From NCBI GenBank assembly GCA_964187785.1, contig OZ076409.1:69070001-69134000 (forward strand): a stretch of DNA of 64,000 nucleotides, in the 5' to 3' direction. A program made the position numbers and the translations under genes. The stretch is from Amphiscolops sp. MND2022. Lineage: Eukaryota. Under the pieces are notes generated by a model that saw only the letters and a program-made list of their open reading frames with translations, was not told the DNA's origin and did no database searches. Below are positions 36,710 through 46,661 of this stretch, piece by piece (position 1 is the stretch's first letter; the number at the start of each line of letters is the position of its first letter).

Positions 36710-39700
36710 TTAGTATCTGAAGTCTTCTGAGTAGTTTGGATTTGGATTAGGCCTGAGATTATATTTCCCTCCTCTAGGGCTCAGATTTTCATTTCTAGCA
36801 TCTTTTTCAGATATTTCGGGCACGATAATATCATCCCCTCTTTTCGGAGAATTTTGTGCATCGTTGTCATTCGATGAATTTCTTTTTGGAGAATTTTCAT
36901 TCCCGTTTGGTCCATTTGCCATATCCGGCAGAGATTTTTCTTGGGTTTTTGGGGAAACGGCCGGATTCGGCCAATCAAATTCTTCATTTCTAATAGCTCC
37001 AGTAGCTTCATTTCTTTTAGTGACGTCATCATTTAAGCGGTCATTCCGGCTGTGTGCCGTATTGTCATTATTCGTTTCTCGCGTGATTATATAATCCGCG
37101 TCACTCTCGTTTGCGTCATTGTTGATTTGTTCCGTACTCGGCTGTTCGCCGTTCGGTGAGCTGGCCGGAATAGGCTCGCTGCCTCGTGTGTCTAGCTGTT
37201 CGCCAAAGTTTGTTTCCCACGTTATTACATACAAGTCGTCTTGCGGAATGATTATTTCGTCATCCGGCTGTAGACGCTGTTCTCGGAAATTGTCCTCAAG
37301 TGGCTGATTTGGAACAAACTTTTTGAGACGAATTCGATGCAATATCTGCGTTTTATTTGTATTAAGCCTGCGGACAATGTAATTCTCGTTAGGTAAGGTC
37401 TTCTGGACTATAAATGGTCCAACCCAACGATAATCTTTGAATGGAATTTTTGATCCTTGATGATCCGCTTTCGGCTGTAATACAAAACAGTAATCACCCT
37501 CTTTGAGTGGGGCGGCTTTTGCTTTTCGGTCATAATACTCCTTATATTTGATATATGACTGCATGATGTTCTGCTTAGTTTTGTCAATAAGGAGTTTTGT
37601 CCGGTTTTGGATTTCTTCTGCGAATTCAGTAGTCGGATGGATTTGCTCGTTTGGATTTGTTCCAAGCTTGTGATCCAAGATGTTGTATGGGATTCTTCCA
37701 TGGAACACTCTTGTCGGTTCACATCCGATACTGGCATGGTAACTAGTATTGTGATTCAGAACTGCTAATGGCAAATATTTGTGCCATTGTCGGCGATATT
37801 CTCCACATGCCATTTTCAAGTTTGTTTTCAATGAGGCATGTGTGCGCTCCAATTTCCCGATAGTTTGCGGGTGCTTTGTCGTTGCACATTTTAGGGTGAT
37901 TCCTAAAATTTGGGTAATTTCTGCAATAATCGTGGAAGTGAAGGCAGTTCCTTTGTCTGTAATGAGCGTTGTCGGTAAGTAGGAATGTTTGGTCATAATG
38001 TCAACGAGTGCTTTGGCTACATTGATCGCTGATGCGTCCGTGAGAGGGTAAGCGAATAAATATCTGGAGAAAACATCAATTGCCGTTAGGACATTTTCAT
38101 ACCCTCCGCTTGGGGGAAGATTCGGCAATAGGTCAATTTGCATGGCGTCTTCAGGTCCAAGGTCCCATTCGGGCAAATTTAGTAGTTCAGGCGTGATCGT
38201 TGCATTAGGGACTCTTTTGTCTCTGGCGCATTGTTCACACCCTTCTACCCACTTTTTGACATGTTTTGCCATGTTGGGATAATAATACCTTTGTCTGATT
38301 TCCTGCAACATTTTTGAAATCCCGGGATGTTTATGCGCTGTCCCGTGAAGGGAGTGGAGCAGTTCCCGAAGTAGGTGTTGCGGGAGCAAGATTTGATGGT
38401 ATTTAACATTCCCTGTTTCATCAAAATATTGCCGTGTTAGGATTTCGTCCTTTAGTACAATTCGTTCCAGATTATTTGCATAGTGTCTATATCGAGCGTC
38501 CTGTTGCAGTATGTTTTCTGAGTAGTCTTCGTGAAGGAGTTTTGCCTTCAATTGTTGTAATACTGCATCCTTGGATTGCTCGATAATTATCTGGTTTGTT
38601 TTCCTCAATCGGTCTTGTATTTCAGGTTGTTGTTTGGTTAAGTTGGTGGAAAGAGTTTGTATTGTAACTGTAGGGTCTTCGATTACAGGATTGTTCCTGA
38701 TTGCTTCTTTCCTCGCCCAATATTGTTCTTCGGTCTCGTCGTCGTCATTGGTGTAGAAGATTTGTTCTTCCTGTGAGACTCCTGCTGATTGGACGTTTAT
38801 TTCTATTGGTAGCGTTTGTACATCTTCTCGGATTTTCATTACTAATTTGTCCTTTGGGTCTGCTTCCAGTCGGGACAAGTAATCCGCTGCCGTATTCTGT
38901 GCTCCTGGGATGTGTGCAATGACAAAATTGAACTGAATTACATAGTCGCATGCGTTCCACAGAGCTGGGGGTACGATTTTCGTCTGAAAGAATCTCGTTA
39001 CGGCTTTGTTGTCGGTTAGAATTATGACCGGTTTCGGTGCTCCCCAAAAAATATGCCCAAATTCTCTGAATGCGAAATAAATCGCAAGAAATTCTTTTGC
39101 ATAAATTGACATTTTTATCTGGGCTGGGGTGAAGGTTTTTGAACCATAAGCGACCGGTGCATATGATTTGCGGATTGACGTGAATTTCTGACTCGGATCA
39201 TCTTCAATGAGTACTGCGTATCCTGCAGCTCCAAAACTTGCATCTGTCATGAGTGCAATCTGCTTGTTGGGAATGGGTTGTTGTAAGGCTAAGTCGCAAC
39301 ATTTGTCCAGAGCTCGGTTGATTTCCTCAAATTGCTGTACCAATTCTTTTGATACTAGGACTTTTTCGTCACTTTTCAGCATCTTGTAGAATGGGGCAAG
39401 GCGTTCGGACAGTCTTGGAACGTAGTTTCGGTAGTAGTTCAGGAAGCCCAAATATCTTTGCAATGCCTTTTTCGACTTTGGAAATTTGGTTTTTTCTAGA
39501 AAATTCTGAACGTTCTGTCGTTGAGGTTTGACGCCTTGTGGAGTAATCGTTCGTCCAAGGAAATCAATTTCACGGGCACCAAAATGACACTTGTGCATCG
39601 TCAATTTAAGGCCTGCTTCCTGAATGCATTTGAAAGTTGCTCTTAGGTTAGCAATGAGATGGTCGGCGTCGTTGGCGGCGATGCCGATATCGTCCACATA

Positions 39701-41914
39701 CTGGGCGCACTGATCCGCTTTGATGACTTTGTCGAGGTATTCCCTCATGAAACTCGAGAATGCGGATAGTGACCGGCTAAGGCCTTGTGCCAAGCGTCTG
39801 TAGGCGAATGTGCGACTGGCAAAATTGAAAGCCAACATTTCGATTGAGCGTTGGTCGGCCATTGGTAGGCAGTGGTATGCCTGCGAACAGTCTAATTTGC
39901 AGAACAGTTTTTTGCCTGCCAGGTGTTGGGCAGCATCAACTAGTGTGCTGACAGGATGATTATTGTTTATATAATCATCAGAAATCAGGTTGTTGATTTT
40001 TCTCAGGTCGACTAAAAGTCGCAGTTTCCCATTTGGTTTCTTTTGGGCGAATATTGGGCTTGCATACTTTGAGAACGGTAGAGTGGTGATGATGCCATAT
40101 TTGTGTAACATGGCTAATTCGACGAGGATGTCCTCCTTTAGATTGATAGGAGCTGGGAGACTTTGACTATAGGCTGGGGAATCGTCCTTAGGCGTCAGTT
40201 TCACCTTAAATTCCTCATTCATGCCTATATCGAATCGGTGTCTTGCGAAGATATCGTGGAATTCCACTAACAGTTCCTCTATTTTCTCCTTCTCTTCAGG
40301 AGTAAGGGTGGAATCTTTCCAATCGAAGTTTTCCAAGAATTTTGCACGTGATTCTTCATCTTTGGTGGGGTCGAGTGTCTCCAGTTCCTGTAAGGCCTGT
40401 AATTCTCGGAGGATTCGTTTCTGTATCGGTGTGTGTTCCTCAGGGTTTCCAGGATTTTCTGGAGTTGGGAACCAATAGTTTTCAGAATCTTGTAGATTTT
40501 TGTTGGTCTTGATGAGACTGCTGACATAATGGGCCGCCTGCTCTTGGTCGTTTTGCAAAAGATGCCAGGTTGATGCCGGGTCTACCGGTTTAACATGTTT
40601 CATTTGTTCTGGCGTCATGACTGAGAAATTGGCAATATGGAGTCCCTTTTTGAGTTTGTAAGGGTGGTCTGTGAAATTGTTCACTGGTATCAATATATTG
40701 CCCTCATTCAGAGTGACCAAAGCTGGGCAAAATGTGATGTCGCCTTCTTCGTGTAGGAGGTCGCTCGGTTGCAAGATTCCGGTGACAGCATTCTCAGGGT
40801 ACAACAGGGAATTGGTCCTAATTAGGACTTTATCATTTGGCGGAATGGTTATTTCAGTAGGGTTGAGAATTGGTTCTAGCACGTTTGAGTATTTATGGTC
40901 AGCTGTTTTTAGCTGCATTGAAAAGAACGGGAAGTTCAGGATTCCTTGCCTCATGTCCAGAACTGTATGATTTCGCTGGAGGAACATTAGTCCGATAATC
41001 GGACCTGTCAGGTGTTCCATGACTATAAAAATCTCATGAAACTCAATGTCGCCAACTTCAAATTTAAGTTCTATTGTGCTTTTGGGCGTTTCCAGTTGCC
41101 CATTAGCGACCATGATTTGGAAATTCGGAGGCGGACCTTCCCGGATAACAGATTGTGGAGATAAGAGTCGAATTTTCCGGAGGTCCATTTCTGGAATTGC
41201 ACTGGACAATGCTCCAGTGTCAATGAGTCCATCTATGGTCAGCTCCCCAAAGTCCATGGGGAAGTACAACATGCGCTTCTTGCATTTGAGATTGATGTTG
41301 GTCGACAAGGGTATACAGTCTGGTTCACCGTCTCTGGTGATTAGGACGTTCTGGAATTGCTTCTCGTCTAATAGTGATTGTGGTGTAGGTTCGGAGTTGT
41401 CCTCATGGGCCTCGGTCCCCAATGGGTTCGGGAACACTGGGTGGTTCGTACCATCATTCATCTGCCAGTTTTCAACTAGTGCTCTGGTCTTTTTATTGTG
41501 GGTAATTGGAGGGTTCTCATGGACTGTTCTATTGTAGTGCTCGATGTCATCTAGGACATATTGGAATTGTAGTAGTTCCTGGTTGTAGATCTCTGTGTCC
41601 CAATAGGGATCTCTGCCGTAATCTGGATCTATGTAGGTAGGATTGTAATTGTCAACCAGGGGAATGGGCCTGAATCGGCTATTGAAAGCAGATGTATAGT
41701 CAGGGTCCCATACAGGAATTGGTTTTTGGAACAAATGAGTGTTATTGTATGTAATGATGGTAGCTTTTTCCATTTGTTGCTGCCAGACAACAGAGGGATA
41801 GCCCATCAATTGTTGATTGTATTGGTGGAAAGTTTGCGTTGGAGGGTCCGATCTGATGTATTGTCGGACAGATATCAGTTCGTTGTATTGGAGTCGTGGC
41901 GAAGTTAGTTTTTT
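36710..41914 (-). CDS. pol: Element C pol: protease, dUTPase-like spacer, RT, RNase H, integrase (via -1 frameshift)
   Basis: LIDTGA; YVDD; TDAS...KEFLA...TDNK; H-H-C-C zinc domain; IDLL...TDKG...KLER; WVGPF. The frame is open up to the slippery site at 41914-41908. Confidence 0.97.
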   Translation of the reverse strand, partial: KKLTSPRLQYNELISVRQYIRSDPPTQTFHQYNQQLMGYPSVVWQQQMEKATIITYNNTHLFQKPIPVWDPDYTSAFNSRFRPIPLVDNYNPTYIDPDYGRDPYWDTEIYNQELLQFQYVLDDIEHYNRTVHENPPITHNKKTRALVENWQMNDGTNHPVFPNPLGTEAHEDNSEPTPQSLLDEKQFQNVLITRDGEPDCIPLSTNINLKCKKRMLYFPMDFGELTIDGLIDTGALSSAIPEMDLRKIRLLSPQSVIREGPPPNFQIMVANGQLETPKSTIELKFEVGDIEFHEIFIVMEHLTGPIIGLMFLQRNHTVLDMRQGILNFPFFSMQLKTADHKYSNVLEPILNPTEITIPPNDKVLIRTNSLLYPENAVTGILQPSDLLHEEGDITFCPALVTLNEGNILIPVNNFTDHPYKLKKGLHIANFSVMTPEQMKHVKPVDPASTWHLLQNDQEQAAHYVSSLIKTNKNLQDSENYWFPTPENPGNPEEHTPIQKRILRELQALQELETLDPTKDEESRAKFLENFDWKDSTLTPEEKEKIEELLVEFHDIFARHRFDIGMNEEFKVKLTPKDDSPAYSQSLPAPINLKEDILVELAMLHKYGIITTLPFSKYASPIFAQKKPNGKLRLLVDLRKINNLISDDYINNNHPVSTLVDAAQHLAGKKLFCKLDCSQAYHCLPMADQRSIEMLAFNFASRTFAYRRLAQGLSRSLSAFSSFMREYLDKVIKADQCAQYVDDIGIAANDADHLIANLRATFKCIQEAGLKLTMHKCHFGAREIDFLGRTITPQGVKPQRQNVQNFLEKTKFPKSKKALQRYLGFLNYYRNYVPRLSERLAPFYKMLKSDEKVLVSKELVQQFEEINRALDKCCDLALQQPIPNKQIALMTDASFGAAGYAVLIEDDPSQKFTSIRKSYAPVAYGSKTFTPAQIKMSIYAKEFLAIYFAFREFGHIFWGAPKPVIILTDNKAVTRFFQTKIVPPALWNACDYVIQFNFVIAHIPGAQNTAADYLSRLEADPKDKLVMKIREDVQTLPIEINVQSAGVSQEEQIFYTNDDDETEEQYWARKEAIRNNPVIEDPTVTIQTLSTNLTKQQPEIQDRLRKTNQIIIEQSKDAVLQQLKAKLLHEDYSENILQQDARYRHYANNLERIVLKDEILTRQYFDETGNVKYHQILLPQHLLRELLHSLHGTAHKHPGISKMLQEIRQRYYYPNMAKHVKKWVEGCEQCARDKRVPNATITPELLNLPEWDLGPEDAMQIDLLPNLPPSGGYENVLTAIDVFSRYLFAYPLTDASAINVAKALVDIMTKHSYLPTTLITDKGTAFTSTIIAEITQILGITLKCATTKHPQTIGKLERTHASLKTNLKMACGEYRRQWHKYLPLAVLNHNTSYHASIGCEPTRVFHGRIPYNILDHKLGTNPNEQIHPTTEFAEEIQNRTKLLIDKTKQNIMQSYIKYKEYYDRKAKAAPLKEGDYCFVLQPKADHQGSKIPFKDYRWVGPFIVQKTLPNENYIVRRLNTNKTQILHRIRLKKFVPNQPLEDNFREQRLQPDDEIIIPQDDLYVITWETNFGEQLDTRGSEPIPASSPNGEQPSTEQINNDANESDADYIITRETNNDNTAHSRNDRLNDDVTKRNEATGAIRNEEFDWPNPAVSPKTQEKSLPDMANGPNGNENSPKRNSSNDNDAQNSPKRGDDIIVPEISEKDARNENLSPRGGKYNLRPNPNPNYSEDFRY

Positions 41915-43614
41915 GACTCATCGTTGGAAGATGAGGCCTGTGAGTTGGAAGATGTTGACTTATGTTGTGGTTTCTGCGCTTTTGAATTGGGTTTTCCGTC
42001 ATTAGCGTCGTCTGGTCTGGTGCGTTTGGGTTTGAGATGCGCACCAGCGCCTTGCCAGCATCTTTCTTCCGGGTGGTTCTTTTTACCACAAGTGCCACAC
42101 TCCGGATACGTCTTTTTCTGAGTCTGTTTGCCTTGTTGGGCATCTTTTTCCTTTTTCTTCTTCAACTTTTCGCAGTCCTTGACCATATGGCCCTTTTCCT
42201 TGCAATAGTTGCAGGTTATATCTGACATTTGCCCAGTAGTTAGAGGAGTCTTGGATTTTGTCGAGGAGGTCATTGTGGCCATTGGTAGGTCGTCTGATTC
42301 CTCTAGTGCATTGAGTTCTAATTCTCTCTCCAAATGAGCAACTATTTCGTCATAAGAGCCATTTTCGAGTCTAGCCATGTTGACAGACCGCTTCAATTTT
42401 GGTGGCAGCTTTGCGTAGAGCAAGCTGTCAATCATTTTCTGGGCGTGATCCCCAAATGCTTTTTCTGCCCCTTGATTTAGTTCTTCAAGGAAATCTGGTA
42501 ATTTCATCGTATTGGGATCAAAGACCAGGCGGTGCCATTTATGCTTGGCAGTCGCCTGTGATTCGGGCTTGACGTATTTTCGTCTGAAGATGATTAATAC
42601 GTCTTCTAAAGTTTGTCTGTTGCTGGAGCTGATGTTTCTGAAGGTTTGAAGAGCATTCTTTCTCAATAAAGAGTGGAAGTGATTGATCTTCATTTGCTCA
42701 GTCATCTCTGGCTGCATCTTGATCATCGTATGGAACAGGTCCTCAAACAGCTCGAATTTTTCACTCTTGCCATCAAAAGTCATTGTGTTTGAGTTGACCG
42801 GGCGTATAGTGAGTTGTTGGGCTGTCGGCCTATTCTGCATCGTTGTCAAGACGTCTGCCAATCGAGTAATAGGGTCGGTTTGGGCAGCCGGAGCATTTCT
42901 CTCTTGCGCTGGGATCGTCGTGTCAAGGTTGATGTCCTCATAGGACCTGTCGAGATGGTTTCTGGATGAGACTCGTCCCATGAGAAACTCGGGAACTTGA
43001 GGTGGAGATTCGTTGTCTCCTGTCACCATGTCATGAACGTTATGGTTAGATATTCCACCTTTTTGGCGTACATCATGTCGTTCATTCCTACAGTTAGTCC
43101 TAGCGTTCGAGTTGCGCTGTTCTTCGGCATCCGTTTCCGGTCTCTCAGCCGGGACTTCCCATCCTCTTCTAGTCCCATGGACCGATCCGGCCATCATGGC
43201 ATTTTGAATTTGAGGCAACACTTGACTATTTATAGCCTCATTGATGGCCCTTTGGATCTGTGAACTAACATTATTAAGCATATCGTCCATTTCTCTCGAG
43301 ATCCTAGAATTTAATTCGCTTGACAACCTGTTTATCTCTGCAAGTGAGTTTGCTTCAGCTGAGTTTTGGCCCAAGTCGGCACTTGTCCTGGGTTCATTGT
43401 TCCTACAATTAGAATATAGGCTTTCGTCCTCATTCTCTTGATTGTCGCTTGCAACACTATTCCTCCTCCTAGCTGAATTACTATCTAAACTCCTTTCTCT
43501 TTCAATCCCGTTAAAGTGATTGTTTCCTAGCATTATATCTAGGTTTTCAATATCCGAAAGGATCTCTAATCCTCTAGACTTTCTAGTCTTCTTCTGCTTT
43601 CTCGTTGTAGGCAT
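41905..43614 (-). CDS. gag: Element C gag, 569 aa, two CCHC knuckles; starts inside the 5' LTR
   Basis: FDGKSEKFELFEDLF capsid-like region, CNYCKEKGHMVKDC and CGTCGKKNHPEERC. Confidence 0.95.
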   Translation of the reverse strand: MPTTRKQKKTRKSRGLEILSDIENLDIMLGNNHFNGIERERSLDSNSARRRNSVASDNQENEDESLYSNCRNNEPRTSADLGQNSAEANSLAEINRLSSELNSRISREMDDMLNNVSSQIQRAINEAINSQVLPQIQNAMMAGSVHGTRRGWEVPAERPETDAEEQRNSNARTNCRNERHDVRQKGGISNHNVHDMVTGDNESPPQVPEFLMGRVSSRNHLDRSYEDINLDTTIPAQERNAPAAQTDPITRLADVLTTMQNRPTAQQLTIRPVNSNTMTFDGKSEKFELFEDLFHTMIKMQPEMTEQMKINHFHSLLRKNALQTFRNISSSNRQTLEDVLIIFRRKYVKPESQATAKHKWHRLVFDPNTMKLPDFLEELNQGAEKAFGDHAQKMIDSLLYAKLPPKLKRSVNMARLENGSYDEIVAHLERELELNALEESDDLPMATMTSSTKSKTPLTTGQMSDITCNYCKEKGHMVKDCEKLKKKKEKDAQQGKQTQKKTYPECGTCGKKNHPEERCWQGAGAHLKPKRTRPDDANDGKPNSKAQKPQHKSTSSNSQASSSNDESKN

Positions 43615-44954
43615 TGAGACTAAACCGGGTTGAAGAATTAAATTAATCAGGTCCGGAAAACAGTAATTGTTAACAGATTGTTATCAAGTTGATTGTGAGG
43701 AGCTTTTCGAAAATTGTGTCTACTCAAAGGAAGTAGCTCCTATATATACTCCCTTGGGTGGGAAAAGCATGGTAGTAACTTTAAAAAATGTCATAACTAC
43801 ATTCCTAAAGCACCTGATCAGATCATATACATTCAAACATCAAAGTGCCGCTGAATTGTAGTAGCAAGGTCACGCGGCCGTTTAAATTCCTGCTTTGATG
43901 GGATTGAGAGGCATTCAAATAGCACGCGTTACTTCAAACAACATCTACTATAATATTTGCACTGCTGGTATTTGGGGAATGTCAGCTATCCCGTGCCGGC
44001 ACGTGCCCCAGTAGTAAGCTAAACAAACTTACATCAAATAACGTTACATGCATAATACATCTACAAATTGCATGTGTTAATTGACAAATGAGACCGGACT
44101 GGTCTTTCGGGCAAGTATTTGAAGCACCAACACACAACTGGTGTTAATCATATCAACCGATCTGGGGGACTACATAACTGTTTGCAACACACTCATTACT
44201 GTACATGTCATTTAGAATGCACAAAACAATCATATTGACCATCTGAGTAATAAATTGAATGGGTGGCCTAAATCGGCCATTATCCGGATAGGTATAGCAT
44301 CAGGGGAGGGAAATTAGGCAAATGGCCTTATTCGGCTAAGCATCAGGGGAAATGAAACAAAACACTAATTATCCAACGTGATCATTTAACAAACACAGAA
44401 ACGTAATTAAGCTACTTATTAATACAGTATAGCAGCGTCCACATCATTATCTTTTCATTAGCAACTTATGGCCGAAACCGGCCGTTTGACTCAAGTCCCG
44501 TTTAACAAAGGCGGAATTCAGTCATGTGGCCTTAACTGGCCATTAATTAAATACAGCACAAGTATTGTTCAAATGGATGAATGTGATTGGTTAGCACGAC
44601 TGCAGTAAGTTATATCGCCGAGAAGGGACGTTTTCGCACTTGAACACGTTTCCTTCTCGCGATTAACTTGCTCTCTTATTGTTTGCTATAGCATCAATAC
44701 AACTTCGCAATTTAATTCAGCTATTACAACAACGAACTGATTTGGCTAATCCCAAATCGTAATATTAACAGACTAATTTGAACATCCAATATAAGTGATC
44801 AAATAAAATAAATACAAACAAAATACATGATGTAAACGGTTTCTAAAGTTTTAGCAGTTTTATTCTTAAAAAGTTGGCAGTGTTCCGGGTATGACTTCTT
44901 GGTTGTTGCTTGTTGTTGTAATCATAGTGCCGTCACAGGCGGCAGCCTGCGACA
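43029..44954 (-). repeat. 5' LTR of element C (1926 bp)
   Basis: Direct repeat of 28534..30459, adjacent to the PBS. Confidence 0.95.
43740..43750 (-). promoter_or_regulatory. Putative TATA box of the element C LTR
   Basis: AGTATATATAG on the minus strand, ~130 nt upstream of the gag ATG. Confidence 0.45.
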
Positions 44955-44959
44955 ACTTT

Positions 44960-45017
44960 CTTTGTCGCAAAATTGGGATTCTGGAAGAAGACGCGTTTCA
45001 CTCGGGTTGACGACTAA
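44960..45017 (+). CDS. MFS transporter exon 5, 3' part (stranded C-terminus)
   Basis: After removing element C and one TSD copy, the frame continues (T)FFVAKLGFWKKTRFTRVDD-TAA. The reconstructed protein is ~476 aa. Confidence 0.8.
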
Positions 45018-46661
45018 CTCCCAATTCCAAATTTCAATTAGAAGAAAAAATCGATGTATTTGAAAATTTAATAATACAATTTTGGAGATGTTGAGAGGCA
45101 CTGTAGGTGCTCAGTAATATTGTTCTAGCATTTAGTACTAGTTGAGTCATCCATACGAAATAAATCTATACGACGAGCAATTTATTTTTCATCCAATGGC
45201 TTTTCCTCTTTTAAACAATGCACCACTTCTTAAAGTTTAGCCCAAGGTCTAAAGAGTACACCCAAAGAAAACCCAAAAGAGTCACCATCTAATTATTTTA
45301 CGTTTTACTTGAATTATCTCCGGGTTTTTCGGCACTCACCGATTTCTGCAGTTTTCAGTCGCGTATTTTATGAATAAATTTGCACGACCATTACTGCGAT
45401 TCATTTCCATCTTGTTTTGCTTCTGTACGGTCTGTAAAAGTTTCCATCCTTTGGGCACTTGAGACTCTCAACTTTCTACAGAACTGAAGGAAAACCTCTT
45501 TGATATTTTGGCGTTGTGAAATACTTTTTGTGTCACAAGAGGCTCCCTCTTATGAAAAGTTTTTTTTGGAATTAAGGGAAAGCAAAAATAGCCCAAATTG
45601 TCCCCTTTTTAATTTTTTGGCAGCTGTTCCTGGTTAGTTCATGAAAATCCATGCTGATCGTCACAAAACGTCTTTAGAGCAAAAATTGTGGTAGGATCTA
45701 GAAAAATGAAGTTAAGCTGACACCTGTGCTTTGGAAATAACGTGAATTAAAAATATAGCGTTCTTATTGAACAGAATCCTGACCTTATAAACAGTTTTGC
45801 GATTGCTTCTCCGGTATATCTGGATCTACTCTTCTTTATCCATTTCTCAAACTAACAACTTGAAATTAACACCAAAATATGCATGATGAAATAGTTGCTC
45901 TTGTTTTGTCTCATCAGAAAACTAATTCTGCGAGATGTTTGCACTTTCGTTTTCCTATTAAAATTGAATGACTCTGCTAGCCTCCAAGGGGGTGATTTGT
46001 GTCTTTGAGGACTACCTTGGGAAAATCGTCAGTCTGACGATAGCGGGCAAGTGTTCAAAAACCGTGACCGCCGTGGTCAAAATTGCTGGAACGTTTTGCA
46101 ACTTGCATGCACAATATTGGCACAATATTATAACAATGCCATTTCGACCTTTGCCACGCATCTGCTTCTCAAGGTTTGCAGTTCAGTTTTATACGAAATT
46201 ATTTTGCTTGAAAATGATGGTAAAATTGATGAGATATCTGCTGCATGTATTGACAAGCGGGGATCGGTCAAAGTCGGCGCTATACCTAAGGCTCAAAAAG
46301 CCCAAAACTTTGAAAACATTTTCAGGAAATTTTCAACAAAAAACTCACAAAAATGTTTGAAACACCCTAAGGGTGCCTTTAGTTCTCGGAAAACGCTTCA
46401 GAAGTTCGAATATAGCGTGCTGAGACGAGTGCGAACGAGATTTTTGATCATACGGCTCCTCCTCAATAAAACGCAAATTATTTCGAATATAACGTCCAAA
46501 GTTCGTATATAGCGTGCTGCGACAAATGGGAGTGCTTGTTTTCGACCTTCTGCTTCCTCCTTGGTAAAACACAATATAGTTCGGATATAACGTTAAAAAT
46601 TCGGATAAACCGCAAAATTTTTGAACCTCCACTTCCAGATTTCAGATTGTTTTGAAATAAA

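Larger units (their letters stand above)
28534..44954 (-). mobile_element. Full-length 16.4-kb Ty3/Gypsy LTR retrotransposon (element C) with two accessory genes
   Basis: TG...CA direct repeats at offset 14495, 5-bp TSD ACTTT (28529-28533, 44955-44959), PBS TGGTGACAGG at 43028-43019, intact gag and PR-RT-RH-IN pol. Confidence 0.97.

Noticed and set aside
36781..43441. Many short ORFs overlapping or antisense to gag/pol (also 55675-60715 and 32352-36459)
   Set aside because: Shadow frames of long coding regions with no independent motifs.
46400..46610. Repeated GTTCG(A/T/G)ATATA(G/A)CGT motifs
   Set aside because: Resembles MITE subterminal repeats, but the partner end was not found, so it was left unannotated.
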